A stretch of 32,000 nucleotides of DNA, taken from positions 1,530,001-1,562,000 of the forward strand of contig NC_000917.1 of assembly GCF_000008665.1 (NCBI RefSeq), in the 5' to 3' direction. The notes beneath the pieces were generated by a model that was not told the origin of the DNA, ran no database searches, and was given only the letters and a program-made list of their open reading frames with translations. This stretch comes from Archaeoglobus fulgidus DSM 4304 (GTDB taxonomy: Archaea; Halobacteriota; Archaeoglobi; Archaeoglobales; Archaeoglobaceae). Numbering within the stretch: position 1 is the first letter of the stretch; each line of letters starts with the position of its first letter. Shown here piece after piece: positions 19,212-27,535 of this stretch. A program made the position numbers and the translations under genes.

Positions 19212-19969
19212 TTGACTGCCTCAAGACTGGCTTTCAACGCATCAATCAGCGATTTAACCTCTTCAACTCCCTCGCTGACAACAATCTCTCTGCCGGAGAG
19301 CTTCGCCTCAATCAGCTGCATCAGCGCCTCCTTGTACTCGTCTCTGAACTCCTCCAGCTTCAGCGGTTTCTTCATGGCAAGGATGAGCTTTTTGGCGAGT
19401 TCAAGCTCCTCTTCGGTGATTTCCGCCACAGCGCCCCAGCCGGGAAGCTCCAGAGGGCTGCGGACCTCGTCGATGTAGTGCAGCTGAGCCAGAACTATCC
19501 CACCGTCGTAGGGTCTTAGAGCCACGAGGTTCTCCTTTCCGCGCATGGTCATCTTTCCTATCCCCATGCTGTTTGTCTCCTCCATAGCTTTCTTCAGCAG
19601 GTAGTAGGCCTTTTCTCCTCCCTTGTCTGGTGATATGTAGTAAAAGCTGCTGTAGTAAATCAGTCCAAGCTCTGCAGGGTCGAAAAACTGCCTTATCTCT
19701 ATGCTTTTCGTCGATTTTAGGGGAATCTTCTCAAAGTCTTCGTCGGTTAGAATCACATACTCATTTTTCGATATTTCGTATCCTTTGACGATTTCTCCGT
19801 CTGAAACCTCCTTTCCGCACTTCTCGCAGACTTTTCTGTATCTGATCCTGCCCCCATCAGCAGAATGAAGGAGGTGAAATTGAATCTCCTTCTGCGTTGT
19901 TGCTTTGTAAACCTTCACCGGTATGTTCACGAGGCCAAAGGATATGCTACCCTTCCATGTCGCCCTCAT
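19208..19969 (-). CDS. ku: Ku homodimer-type DNA end-binding protein (NHEJ)
   Basis: 'MRATWKGSISFGLVNIPVKVYKATTQKEIQFHLLHSADGGRIRYRKVCEKCGKEVSDGEIVKGYEISKNEYVILTDEDFEKIPLKSTKSIEIRQF' is canonical prokaryotic Ku. The ORF-track start at 20068 adds 33 unlikely residues; the ATG at 19969 is preferred. ATGA overlap with the ligase gene. Confidence 0.95.
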   Translation of the reverse strand: MRATWKGSISFGLVNIPVKVYKATTQKEIQFHLLHSADGGRIRYRKVCEKCGKEVSDGEIVKGYEISKNEYVILTDEDFEKIPLKSTKSIEIRQFFDPAELGLIYYSSFYYISPDKGGEKAYYLLKKAMEETNSMGIGKMTMRGKENLVALRPYDGGIVLAQLHYIDEVRSPLELPGWGAVAEITEEELELAKKLILAMKKPLKLEEFRDEYKEALMQLIEAKLSGREIVVSEGVEEVKSLIDALKASLEAVK

Positions 19970-20097
19970 GCTCAATCTTAAGCGCGCTCGGTAAAAAACA
20001 CTTTTCTCCATTAACATGATAAATTTGAATACAAATATGAGTATCAAATATGTATCGTGTAAAAACATTTAAGTACTATAGTACGTATAAGATTTGT

Positions 20098-21420
20098 ATG
20101 ATTGAAGAGGTGTTTGAATTGACCCAGAACGGAAGGGCAAAGAAATGGCACGCTTTTTATGGGGGAAAGATAGAGATACTCCCGAAAGTTCCCATTCGAA
20201 CTCTTGACGACTTCAGCATATGGTACACACCCGGAGTGGCGGAAGTTTGCAACGAAATTGCCGAGGACGAGGAAAAGGCCTACGATTATACGAACAAGTG
20301 GAACCTCATCGCAATAATCACGGACGGCTCAAGAACTCTCGGTTTGGGGAACATTGGGCCGAAAGCAGCGATGCCCGTTATGGAAGGCAAAGCTCTCCTT
20401 TTCAAATTCCTCGGTGCGGTTGACGCTTTCCCGATCGCTCTTGCGGAGCAGGATGCTGACAGGTTTATCGAGATTGTTAAAGCCATCTCACCAACTTTTG
20501 GAGGTGTAAACCTTGAGGATATTTCCTCTCCGAAGTGCTTCTACATCCTTGAAAGGCTGCAAAAGGAGCTTGACATCCCAGTCTGGCACGACGACCAGCA
20601 GGGGACGGCTACGGCCACACTTGCAGCCCTCATCAACGCCCTGAAAATCGTCGGGAAGGACATCAGCGAGGTGAAGATTTCCATAATCGGAGTTGGAGCG
20701 GCCAACTTCGCCACAATCAGGCTGCTGAAGGCTGCAGGGGCTGATCCGAAGAAGATGTTTGTTGTTGACAGCAAAGGCATTCTGCACCCAGACAGGGCTG
20801 ACCTGAAGGAGAAGAAGGGATACAAGTGGCAGGTGGCGATTGAGACCAACGGTGAGAGAAGGACCGGGGGAATGGAGGAGGCTATAAGGGGCACTGATGT
20901 CCTTATAGCCGCAAGCAAGCCCGGTCCGGACGTCATAAAGAAGGAGTGGATTGCTGAAATGAACGATGACGCCATCGTATTCCCTCTGGCAAACCCAACA
21001 CCGGAAATCTGGCCGTGGGAGGCGAAGGATGCAGGAGCGAGGATTGTTGGGACGGGGAGGAGCGACTTCCCCAACCAGGTCAACAACTCCCTCGTCTTTC
21101 CGGGAGTTTTCAGGGGTGCTTTGACGGTAAGAGCGAGAAAAATAACGGACGAGATGTGCCTTGCCGCTGCCAACGCCCTTGCAGAGTTTGCTGAAAGGAA
21201 CGGTCTTAGCGAGGACTACATAATTCCCAGAATGACTGAAAAAGAGGTGTTCCCAGAGGTGGCGACAGCCGTTGGCGTAAAGGCGGTTGAACTCGGGCTG
21301 GCTAGGCTGGAGCTGAGGGAGGAGGAGATTTACGAGATAGCCGAGCTGATGATTTCCGCCACGCAGAGGAAGATAAAGAAGCTCTACGAGCTTGGGTTTA
21401 TCAAGGAACCCCCATCCTGA
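20098..21420 (+). CDS. Malic enzyme (malate oxidoreductase, decarboxylating)
   Basis: 'PKVPIRTLDDFSIWYTPGVAEVC', 'WNLIAIITDGSRTLGLGNIGPKAAMPVMEGKALLFK', 'DIPVWHDDQQGTATATLAALINAL', 'ISIIGVGAANFATIRLLKAAG'. The ORF track starts at 20050; the ATG at 20098 (MIEEVFEL...) is preferred. Confidence 0.93.
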   Translation: MIEEVFELTQNGRAKKWHAFYGGKIEILPKVPIRTLDDFSIWYTPGVAEVCNEIAEDEEKAYDYTNKWNLIAIITDGSRTLGLGNIGPKAAMPVMEGKALLFKFLGAVDAFPIALAEQDADRFIEIVKAISPTFGGVNLEDISSPKCFYILERLQKELDIPVWHDDQQGTATATLAALINALKIVGKDISEVKISIIGVGAANFATIRLLKAAGADPKKMFVVDSKGILHPDRADLKEKKGYKWQVAIETNGERRTGGMEEAIRGTDVLIAASKPGPDVIKKEWIAEMNDDAIVFPLANPTPEIWPWEAKDAGARIVGTGRSDFPNQVNNSLVFPGVFRGALTVRARKITDEMCLAAANALAEFAERNGLSEDYIIPRMTEKEVFPEVATAVGVKAVELGLARLELREEEIYEIAELMISATQRKIKKLYELGFIKEPPS

Positions 21421-21497
21421 TTTTTTTACTTTTCTCTAAGCAGATTTGAAACAAACCGAAGTTAAATTTATTTGTATCTCGCTTTACGAAGTGGCGC

Positions 21498-22568
21498 ATG
21501 AAGGTAGTTCTGCTGAGTTCGTACTTTCCACCCCACATCGGCGGGGTTGAGGTTCATGTTGAAAGAATTGCCCACCACCTCCACAGAAGGGGTTTCGAGG
21601 TTGTTGTTGTCACCTCCACAGCTTCTGGGAGAGAAAAGTTTCCGTTCAGAGTTGAGTACGTTCCGAGCATCCCGATTCCCTATTCTCCCATCACACCATT
21701 CCTCGGGAGGTTCTTGGAGAAAATAGATGGCGATATTTTTCACTCCCACACACCTCCCCCCTTCTTTTCCTGCTCACTCAGAAAATCGCCGCACGTCATA
21801 ACCTACCACTGCGATATAGAGATTCCCGAGAAGTACGGGAGATTTCCGATTCCGAGAGCTTTATCGAAGCTAATAATCAGAAGAACCGACGATATGCTTT
21901 CCGAAGCCCTTGACCGGGCTGATGCGATTGTTGCGACGACAAAAAGCTACGCGGAGACTTCGAGGCTCTTGGCAGGCAGGGACTACCACGTCATCCCCAA
22001 CGGCATAGAGCTAAGCGAGTTCGAAGGGGTTGAGGCGGAAAAGGAGCCCACGGTCCTCTTCCTCGGCAGGCTTGCGGCAACAAAGGGGGTTGACGTTTTG
22101 CTTAAAGCAATGAAGCACGTTGATGTTGAAGCGAGATGCGTGATTATAGGTGATGGAGAGGAGAGGAGCTCGCTTGAGAGGCTGGCAAGAGAGCTTGAGG
22201 TGAATGCAGAGTTTACAGGCTTCCTTCCGAGAAAAAAGGTTATAGAGTACCTTTCAAGAGCTTCTCTTCTCGTTCTGCCCTCATTATCCAGGCTGGAGGC
22301 GTTCGGAATAGTCCTTCTTGAGGCGATGGCATGCGGAACTCCAGTTGCTGCCTCTGACCTTCCGGGTGTTAGGGATGTTGCATCTGAGGCGGGCTTCGTT
22401 TTTCCTCCGGGAGATTACATGAGGCTGAGCGAAATAATAAACGAAGTTCTGAGCGACGAGAGGAAGGTGAAAGCGATTGGAGAAAGCGGAAGGAGAATTG
22501 TAAGGGAGAAGTACAGCTGGGATGTGGTTGTCAAGTCCCTCATAAGGTTGTACGAGTCTCTCATTTGA
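21498..22568 (+). CDS. Glycosyltransferase, GT4 family (GT-B fold)
   Basis: 'SSYFPPHIGGVEVHVERIAHHLHRRGFEVVVVTS...', 'VLFLGRLAATKGVDVLLKAM', 'VLPSLSRLEAFGIVLLEAMACGTPVAASDLPGVRDV' are diagnostic GT4 motifs. Confidence 0.93.
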   Translation: MKVVLLSSYFPPHIGGVEVHVERIAHHLHRRGFEVVVVTSTASGREKFPFRVEYVPSIPIPYSPITPFLGRFLEKIDGDIFHSHTPPPFFSCSLRKSPHVITYHCDIEIPEKYGRFPIPRALSKLIIRRTDDMLSEALDRADAIVATTKSYAETSRLLAGRDYHVIPNGIELSEFEGVEAEKEPTVLFLGRLAATKGVDVLLKAMKHVDVEARCVIIGDGEERSSLERLARELEVNAEFTGFLPRKKVIEYLSRASLLVLPSLSRLEAFGIVLLEAMACGTPVAASDLPGVRDVASEAGFVFPPGDYMRLSEIINEVLSDERKVKAIGESGRRIVREKYSWDVVVKSLIRLYESLI

Positions 22569-22610
22569 CTTCAAGAAAATATTTTAAACGCCTTTTCGAT
22601 TTTAAATCAA

Positions 22611-23543
22611 ATGAGGTTGCTGACAATAGGCTCGGGGCTGCGCGGGGCCAAGGTGGCAGAAATTCTGCATAAAAAAGGCGTGAAGGTCAACAGAGTTCCC
22701 CTGTTTAAGTGCTTTGCAGTTCTGAACAATGAGGAGCACTTGAGAAGCATTTCGATAGGTGACGACAGGAAGTACTACGTTCACGGGCTGAAAGGAGACG
22801 TGAGCGGGTTTGTGAATCAAATCACATCTCTTTATGAAATATTTGAGGGCAGCCTTGTTTTAACCTCGCTGGAGGATGATTTTGGCTACATAACATCTCT
22901 CGAGCTCTGCCAGAGGCTCAGAAAAGTTACGGAGGATGCTGTAATCTCCCTCGCAATAGTCCCCCAACTTGACACCTCGAGCATTGGGGAGATAAAGAAG
23001 CGAATTCGAAGTCTCAGAGACGTTTCGGACATTCTGATTCTCTTTGAGGGGGAGGTTGGAGTTGAGAGAAAAATCCTTGAGGTGATGAACCTCGTTGCCC
23101 TTGCCGGCGAGATTGATTTGAAGAAGAGGGTGGCTGGGGAGGTAGTTGTTGACACGTCCGATGTCTTCAACGCTTTGAAATCCGACGGATTCGCCATAGC
23201 GGGCTTGGCTGAGAGAAAGATACCCTTTAACTTTAAGAACCTGATTTTCAGAAGGAACAGCGAGCTCAAGGCGGTGAGAACTAGAAGAATGATAGAGCTG
23301 ACGGAGGAAGCGCTGCAGAACGTGAGCATCAACGGAGATGTTGAGAACGCCAAATCAGCATTGCTCCTCTTCGCCGGTAAGCCTGATGAGCTGACAATGG
23401 AGGGGCTTTTCTCCTCAATAGCGATGATAGAGAACATCAACAGGGATATCGTTGTGAGGTACGGGGACTATCCAATTCCCGGTTCGAGGAAAGTTTCCGC
23501 CGTTTTAATATTCTCAGGAATCAGGAAATTCCGCTTTGCCTGA
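22611..23543 (+). CDS. Divergent FtsZ/tubulin-superfamily protein
   Basis: 310 aa. N-terminus 'LLTIGSGLRGAKVAEILHKKG' in the FtsZ nucleotide-fold position. The C-terminal part 'AKSALLLFAGKPDELTMEGLFSSIAMIENINRDIVVRYGDYPIPGSRKVSAVLIFSGI' matches the FtsZ C-terminal layout (SALLnItGgpDltl..v...i........I.G...d......V.ViatG). Confidence 0.6.
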   Translation: MRLLTIGSGLRGAKVAEILHKKGVKVNRVPLFKCFAVLNNEEHLRSISIGDDRKYYVHGLKGDVSGFVNQITSLYEIFEGSLVLTSLEDDFGYITSLELCQRLRKVTEDAVISLAIVPQLDTSSIGEIKKRIRSLRDVSDILILFEGEVGVERKILEVMNLVALAGEIDLKKRVAGEVVVDTSDVFNALKSDGFAIAGLAERKIPFNFKNLIFRRNSELKAVRTRRMIELTEEALQNVSINGDVENAKSALLLFAGKPDELTMEGLFSSIAMIENINRDIVVRYGDYPIPGSRKVSAVLIFSGIRKFRFA

Positions 23544-24318
23544 AAAGGGAGAACAGCTTGAAAATCGTACCGTGGTAAATTATTCTGTCCTCGATTCTTG
23601 ACTGGAGTGTTTTAAAGGCGTAATCGTCGATTTCGAATTCCACGTCGTCGTATTTGACATCCTTCAGGATTAGACCGTAAGGTGGAGCGGGCTCGACCCT
23701 CTCCTTGTGCTTTTCCGGGTTCAGGAGGTCCCTGAACCACTCAATGCTTCTGTGCTGCTTTCCGATCTCCATTATTGCCGTCACTATGCAGCGAACCATG
23801 TTCCAGGTAAAGGCGTTCCCCTCAATCTCGAAGATTATGAACTCCCTGTCCGCTCTAATGTCGGCGCTAATAATTTCCCTAACGCAGCTCTCTCCCTCTC
23901 CGAATTTCTTGGTGAAGTTTGAGAAGTCGTGGACGCCGATCAGCTCTTTAACAGCCTTTCTCATCGCAGAAATGTCGTAGTCCGAGCCGTACATAACGTA
24001 TGTGTAAACTCTGCTCTTCGCCCTTCTCGGGTCGAAGTCCTCGGAAACCTTCGCCCACGCCCATGCTGTTATGTCTTCGGGAAGCTCAGCGTTCAGCATT
24101 CTCGGAAAGATTTTGTCCTCGGAGTAGAAGGAAATGACCTGGCCGTAGGCATGAACTCCGGCATCAGTTCTCCCGGCACTCCTCAGCCTCGGATTCTCAA
24201 CTCCGAGCCTTCTTAGGGCGTTGATTACCTCTCCCTCAACCGTCCTTTGGTCGGGCTGAAACTGACTTCCGTGAAAGTTGTCACCGAAGTACGCTATCTT
24301 GAACGCGAACTTCATCAC
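23521..24318 (-). CDS. truA: tRNA pseudouridine(38-40) synthase TruA
   Basis: 'FKIAYFGDNFHGSQFQPDQRTVEGEVINAL', 'SAGRTDAGVHAYGQVISF', 'FTKFGEGESCVREI', 'FTWNMVRCIVTAI'. The catalytic Asp lies in GRTDAGVHA. Confidence 0.95.
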   Translation of the reverse strand: MMKFAFKIAYFGDNFHGSQFQPDQRTVEGEVINALRRLGVENPRLRSAGRTDAGVHAYGQVISFYSEDKIFPRMLNAELPEDITAWAWAKVSEDFDPRRAKSRVYTYVMYGSDYDISAMRKAVKELIGVHDFSNFTKKFGEGESCVREIISADIRADREFIIFEIEGNAFTWNMVRCIVTAIMEIGKQHRSIEWFRDLLNPEKHKERVEPAPPYGLILKDVKYDDVEFEIDDYAFKTLQSRIEDRIIYHGTIFKLFSLFRQSGIS

Positions 24319-24626
24319 AGCTCTCTCCCGACGAGAGACGAAACGAACTCGTTAAGTGCGCTCATTCTCCTCTGCAGTATCTCCTTAACCTGCTTCTGCC
24401 CCTGATAAAGACCAACTGCCGTGCCGACGATGAATAGAAACTCAAGCTCGTCGAGCTGGTACTTCTCCCTCAATTCAATCAAATCTCTAACCTTGCTCTC
24501 TGGCAGGCCGTCAACGGTAAGCTCCTCCTCTTCAACCCTCTCGAGGAACTTTTCGTCCGCACCCCACCTTGTTTTCAGCTCCTCAAAGGCGTCCCAGAGT
24601 ATCGACTTTCTCGTCTGAATATCCAT
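24315..24626 (-). CDS. Conserved hypothetical protein (103 aa), coupled to truA
   Basis: Overlaps the truA start by 4 nt in the same direction. Acidic helical protein with no family I recognise. Confidence 0.6.
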   Translation of the reverse strand: MDIQTRKSILWDAFEELKTRWGADEKFLERVEEEELTVDGLPESKVRDLIELREKYQLDELEFLFIVGTAVGLYQGQKQVKEILQRRMSALNEFVSSLVGREL

Positions 24627-24647
24627 GGCAAAAGTGAGGTAAAAATT

Positions 24648-25670
24648 TTAAAAAACTTTCCCAATTCCAAGGCTCTCGTTCGTCTTCCTTATGCTCTCCT
24701 CCTTCTCCGCAAGCTCGAACATGGCCCTTATGGCGTCAATGTTCTCCGGAACAACAATAGCCTCCTGATGCACCGCCTGCGTTACGAAGAGGTCGTTTCC
24801 ATCAACGCCGATCGATTCCCTCCAAACGATGTTCTCGTAGAGGTCGTACCTGAGCCTGAGCTCTCTCGCGAACTCGATTACCTTTGCCGTTGAGGTGAAG
24901 CCATCCTCTGCGGAAATAAGCATGATTCTCGGCTCCTCGCTGAGAGCGCTCACGACGTCTTCTGCTTTGACCGCTTCTCTCATCTCAACGCAGAGGGAGT
25001 GGACGTGCATAAGCGTTGTGGGGAGCTTGAATGCTGTTGTTACAATATCAACATCGGGCAAAACAGTCTTGACGTCCGGCCCGTGGTGGGATGGAATCGC
25101 AACCGGATCAGGCATGATTCCGTTGACGAGCCCCTTCTTGTCTTCCTTCGGGTCGACAACCCTTCTCAGCATCGTCGCCCTAATCCTGCCGATGCTGAAG
25201 TTCGTTTTGAGCATGTAAATGAGCCTCGTCAAACCGGTGGTGTTACAGCTCACAACCCTTACGTAGCTTTTCCCAACAGCCTCATCATAGTTGGCCAGCG
25301 CGTTGAAGGAGACCTCGGCAACGTCCTTCTTCTCCCCGCCCTGGAATATCGCCTTTATGCCCGCTTTCTCGTAATACTTCGCCTTGTTTTCCGCCCCAAC
25401 CTTGTTCGGGCTGCAGTCGACAACGATGTCGGCTTTTGGCAGCAAATCCTCTATTGTTCCCTGAATCTCGATCCCCGCCCTCTCGAAAAGCTCCACGTTC
25501 TCGGGCTTGGCCACGTAGAGAGGATACCTTTTGGCGCCGAGTTTCGCCTCAAAGTCTGGGCGGGTTTTGGTAACTCCGACAACCTCCATATCGTCCTGAA
25601 GGCTGACTGCATCAGCCACTCTCTTTCCGATGGTTCCGTAACCGTTTATCGCCACCTTAACCTTCATCAT
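24648..25670 (-). CDS. gap: Glyceraldehyde-3-phosphate dehydrogenase, archaeal type
   Basis: 'KVAINGYGTIGKRVADAVSLQDDMEVVGVTKT', active-site cysteine motif 'VVSCNTTGLTRLIYML', 'IPSHHGPDVKTVLPDVDIVTTAFKLPTTLMHVHS'. Confidence 0.97.
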   Translation of the reverse strand: MMKVKVAINGYGTIGKRVADAVSLQDDMEVVGVTKTRPDFEAKLGAKRYPLYVAKPENVELFERAGIEIQGTIEDLLPKADIVVDCSPNKVGAENKAKYYEKAGIKAIFQGGEKKDVAEVSFNALANYDEAVGKSYVRVVSCNTTGLTRLIYMLKTNFSIGRIRATMLRRVVDPKEDKKGLVNGIMPDPVAIPSHHGPDVKTVLPDVDIVTTAFKLPTTLMHVHSLCVEMREAVKAEDVVSALSEEPRIMLISAEDGFTSTAKVIEFARELRLRYDLYENIVWRESIGVDGNDLFVTQAVHQEAIVVPENIDAIRAMFELAEKEESIRKTNESLGIGKVF

Positions 25671-25849
25671 TCTCCCTCCAGTATTATTTTGTGCCCAACC
25701 AAATCCATCTCAACAACTCTACCTCTTACCTCTCTGTAATCTCCCAGAATGTCCCACATTTTTACTTTTTCCCCTTCAACGACGATTCTCACCACATCCT
25801 CCATCAGCGGCTCCTCCCGGCCTGCCAAAAAGACCTTCGATTCACACAT
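25667..25849 (-). CDS. CooT-like small protein (PF10133/COG1532-like)
   Basis: 'MCESKVFLAGREEPLMEDVVRIVVEGEKVKMWDILGDYREVRGRVVEMDLVGHKIILEGE'; the MCESKV start is characteristic. The ORF-track start at 25867 adds 6 residues. Overlaps gap by 4 nt. Confidence 0.75.
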   Translation of the reverse strand: MCESKVFLAGREEPLMEDVVRIVVEGEKVKMWDILGDYREVRGRVVEMDLVGHKIILEGE

Positions 25850-25921
25850 GATGAAGTGTTGGTGCAAGGTTTTATCTTATTTCCCCCAAACGTTAAAATT
25901 CCAGATAATATCACAGTTTTT

Positions 25922-27535
25922 GTGCTGAAGGTCGCCAAGTTCGAACTAAAAAAGTCGAGGAAGAGGTACGGGGCGAGGAGCTTGCTTCTAATTCTGCTTG
26001 CTGCAATGTTCTCAGCAGCAATGGGATACGCCTCTGTTTTAACCGGTATCGATTCCGATAAGGGGATTTACACAGCCAACGTGAGGGTGGACCTTGGGAC
26101 GTTCAAGCTCTCGGAAGATTCTGACGTCGTGCTGTATGATGGTAAGCTGTTTGTAGGGCAGAACGACAAGAGCCTTGCAGCCGCAGATGAGCTTTTGAAA
26201 TACCTCAGGGAGGAGCACAGAAAGAGGATAGAGGCTGAGTTTGGAGAGTTGGCACATCCCGTGAGGGTTAGCGTTGTTTACCTCAACCCGTCGAAGATAA
26301 CACCTCCCAGGACGAAGGCAGAAGGCGGTGGGGTGAAGAATGAAACGGAGAGCGGGCAGTTAAACGTAAACGGGTCGGAGGGGTCAAAGCAAACCAGCGA
26401 ATCCGCCTCAAAAACGCCTGCAGCAACGACTGTAACGGGTGGTGAGATGACGGCAAATGTCACACAGGTTGAAAAATCCTCTTACGTACCTCCTGAGGAC
26501 ATTAAAACACCGAGCCTCGTTGACAGAATGGTTCTGGCTTTCCTCTTCGTTATTCCATCTTACTTCGCCGTTCAGGTCTTCTCGTCCTCCCTGCTTGAGG
26601 ACAAGCTCCTCAGGAGGCTTGAGGTTCTGCTGTCCGCGATAAGCAGATCAGACCTGATTTTCGGGAAGATTCTGCCCTACCTTCTTTTCTCCCTTCTTTC
26701 TTCCCTCGCCGTATCGGTGTATCTGGGGAGCTATTTGGCATTTCTCTTCGCCATCCCCGTAATCCTCCTGCTTTTCTCCGCTCAAACGTTCGTGGTGATG
26801 ATTTCGAGAAGCTACAGAGAGGCAACCTTTCTCCTCCTCGTCGTTTCTCTCCTTATTACGATCTACGCATTCATCCCTGCGGTGTTCTCAACTGCAATAC
26901 CCCTGTCAAAAATCTCACCCATCACGCTCCTGATAGCGAGCGTTCAGGGAGAGGAGATAAACCTGACAGACCTCTCCCTTTCATTCGCCCACTACCTGAT
27001 TATGGCCTCGATGCTGCTTTACTTCAGCATGAAGGCCCTCAATCCGGACATTGCCCATGGAAAGGAGATTTTCCAGAAACTCGTTGAGATTTCGAGGCTG
27101 AGCGTAACCAGCGATTCTGCAGCATTCATCTTGGCCTTTCTGTCTATATCCTTCGCCTTCATGGCCGAACTCTTTGCAGTTTTCATGATTTTTGTCCTTC
27201 CGCGGCAGCTCATGATTCCAGCCCTGCTCGTCTGCGTTGCGGCGGTTGAGGAGCTCATAAAGGGACTCATCATTTTCTCCTCGCCCACCGCTCGCAGAGC
27301 CTTTTTCACAGCTCTGGGCTTCTTTGCGGGTGAGAAGTTTCTAATCCTCTTCAACGTCCTTCAGGAGTACAGCATAGCCTTTCTCGGGCAGTTCCTCGTT
27401 CTTCCCTTAATTCTCCACATAGCAACCGCTCTGCTCATCGCCTTTACTGCTAAGTTCGGATACGGAAGGGCGCTGATGCTGGCGGCAATCCTGCATGCCA
27501 TCTACGACCATACGGTGGTGATGCTCCTTGTTTGA
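25922..27535 (+). CDS. Multi-pass membrane protein: ABC-2-like permease region fused to C-terminal PrsW/CPBP-like intramembrane protease domain
   Basis: N-terminal half: 'FELKKSRKRYGARSLLLILLAAM...' plus 'DRMVLAFLFVIPSYFAVQVFSSSLLEDKLLRRLEVLLSAISRSDLIFGKILPYLLFSLLSSLAV' (ABC-2 layout). C-terminus: 'AAVEELIKGLIIF...FFAGEKFLILFNVLQ...LPLILHIATALLIAF...ILHAIYDHTVV' (EExxK, E, H, HxxxD). The likely start is GTG at 25922, not the tracked 25691, which overlaps the divergent CooT-like gene. Confidence 0.7.
   Translation: MLKVAKFELKKSRKRYGARSLLLILLAAMFSAAMGYASVLTGIDSDKGIYTANVRVDLGTFKLSEDSDVVLYDGKLFVGQNDKSLAAADELLKYLREEHRKRIEAEFGELAHPVRVSVVYLNPSKITPPRTKAEGGGVKNETESGQLNVNGSEGSKQTSESASKTPAATTVTGGEMTANVTQVEKSSYVPPEDIKTPSLVDRMVLAFLFVIPSYFAVQVFSSSLLEDKLLRRLEVLLSAISRSDLIFGKILPYLLFSLLSSLAVSVYLGSYLAFLFAIPVILLLFSAQTFVVMISRSYREATFLLLVVSLLITIYAFIPAVFSTAIPLSKISPITLLIASVQGEEINLTDLSLSFAHYLIMASMLLYFSMKALNPDIAHGKEIFQKLVEISRLSVTSDSAAFILAFLSISFAFMAELFAVFMIFVLPRQLMIPALLVCVAAVEELIKGLIIFSSPTARRAFFTALGFFAGEKFLILFNVLQEYSIAFLGQFLVLPLILHIATALLIAFTAKFGYGRALMLAAILHAIYDHTVVMLLV

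Noticed and set aside
20541-21173. Minus-strand ORF of 210 aa inside malic enzyme
   Set aside because: Antisense shadow of a highly conserved coding frame.
22886-23440. Minus-strand ORF of 184 aa inside the FtsZ-like gene
   Set aside because: Ser-rich antisense translation with no motifs; the plus-strand frame matches the FtsZ layout.
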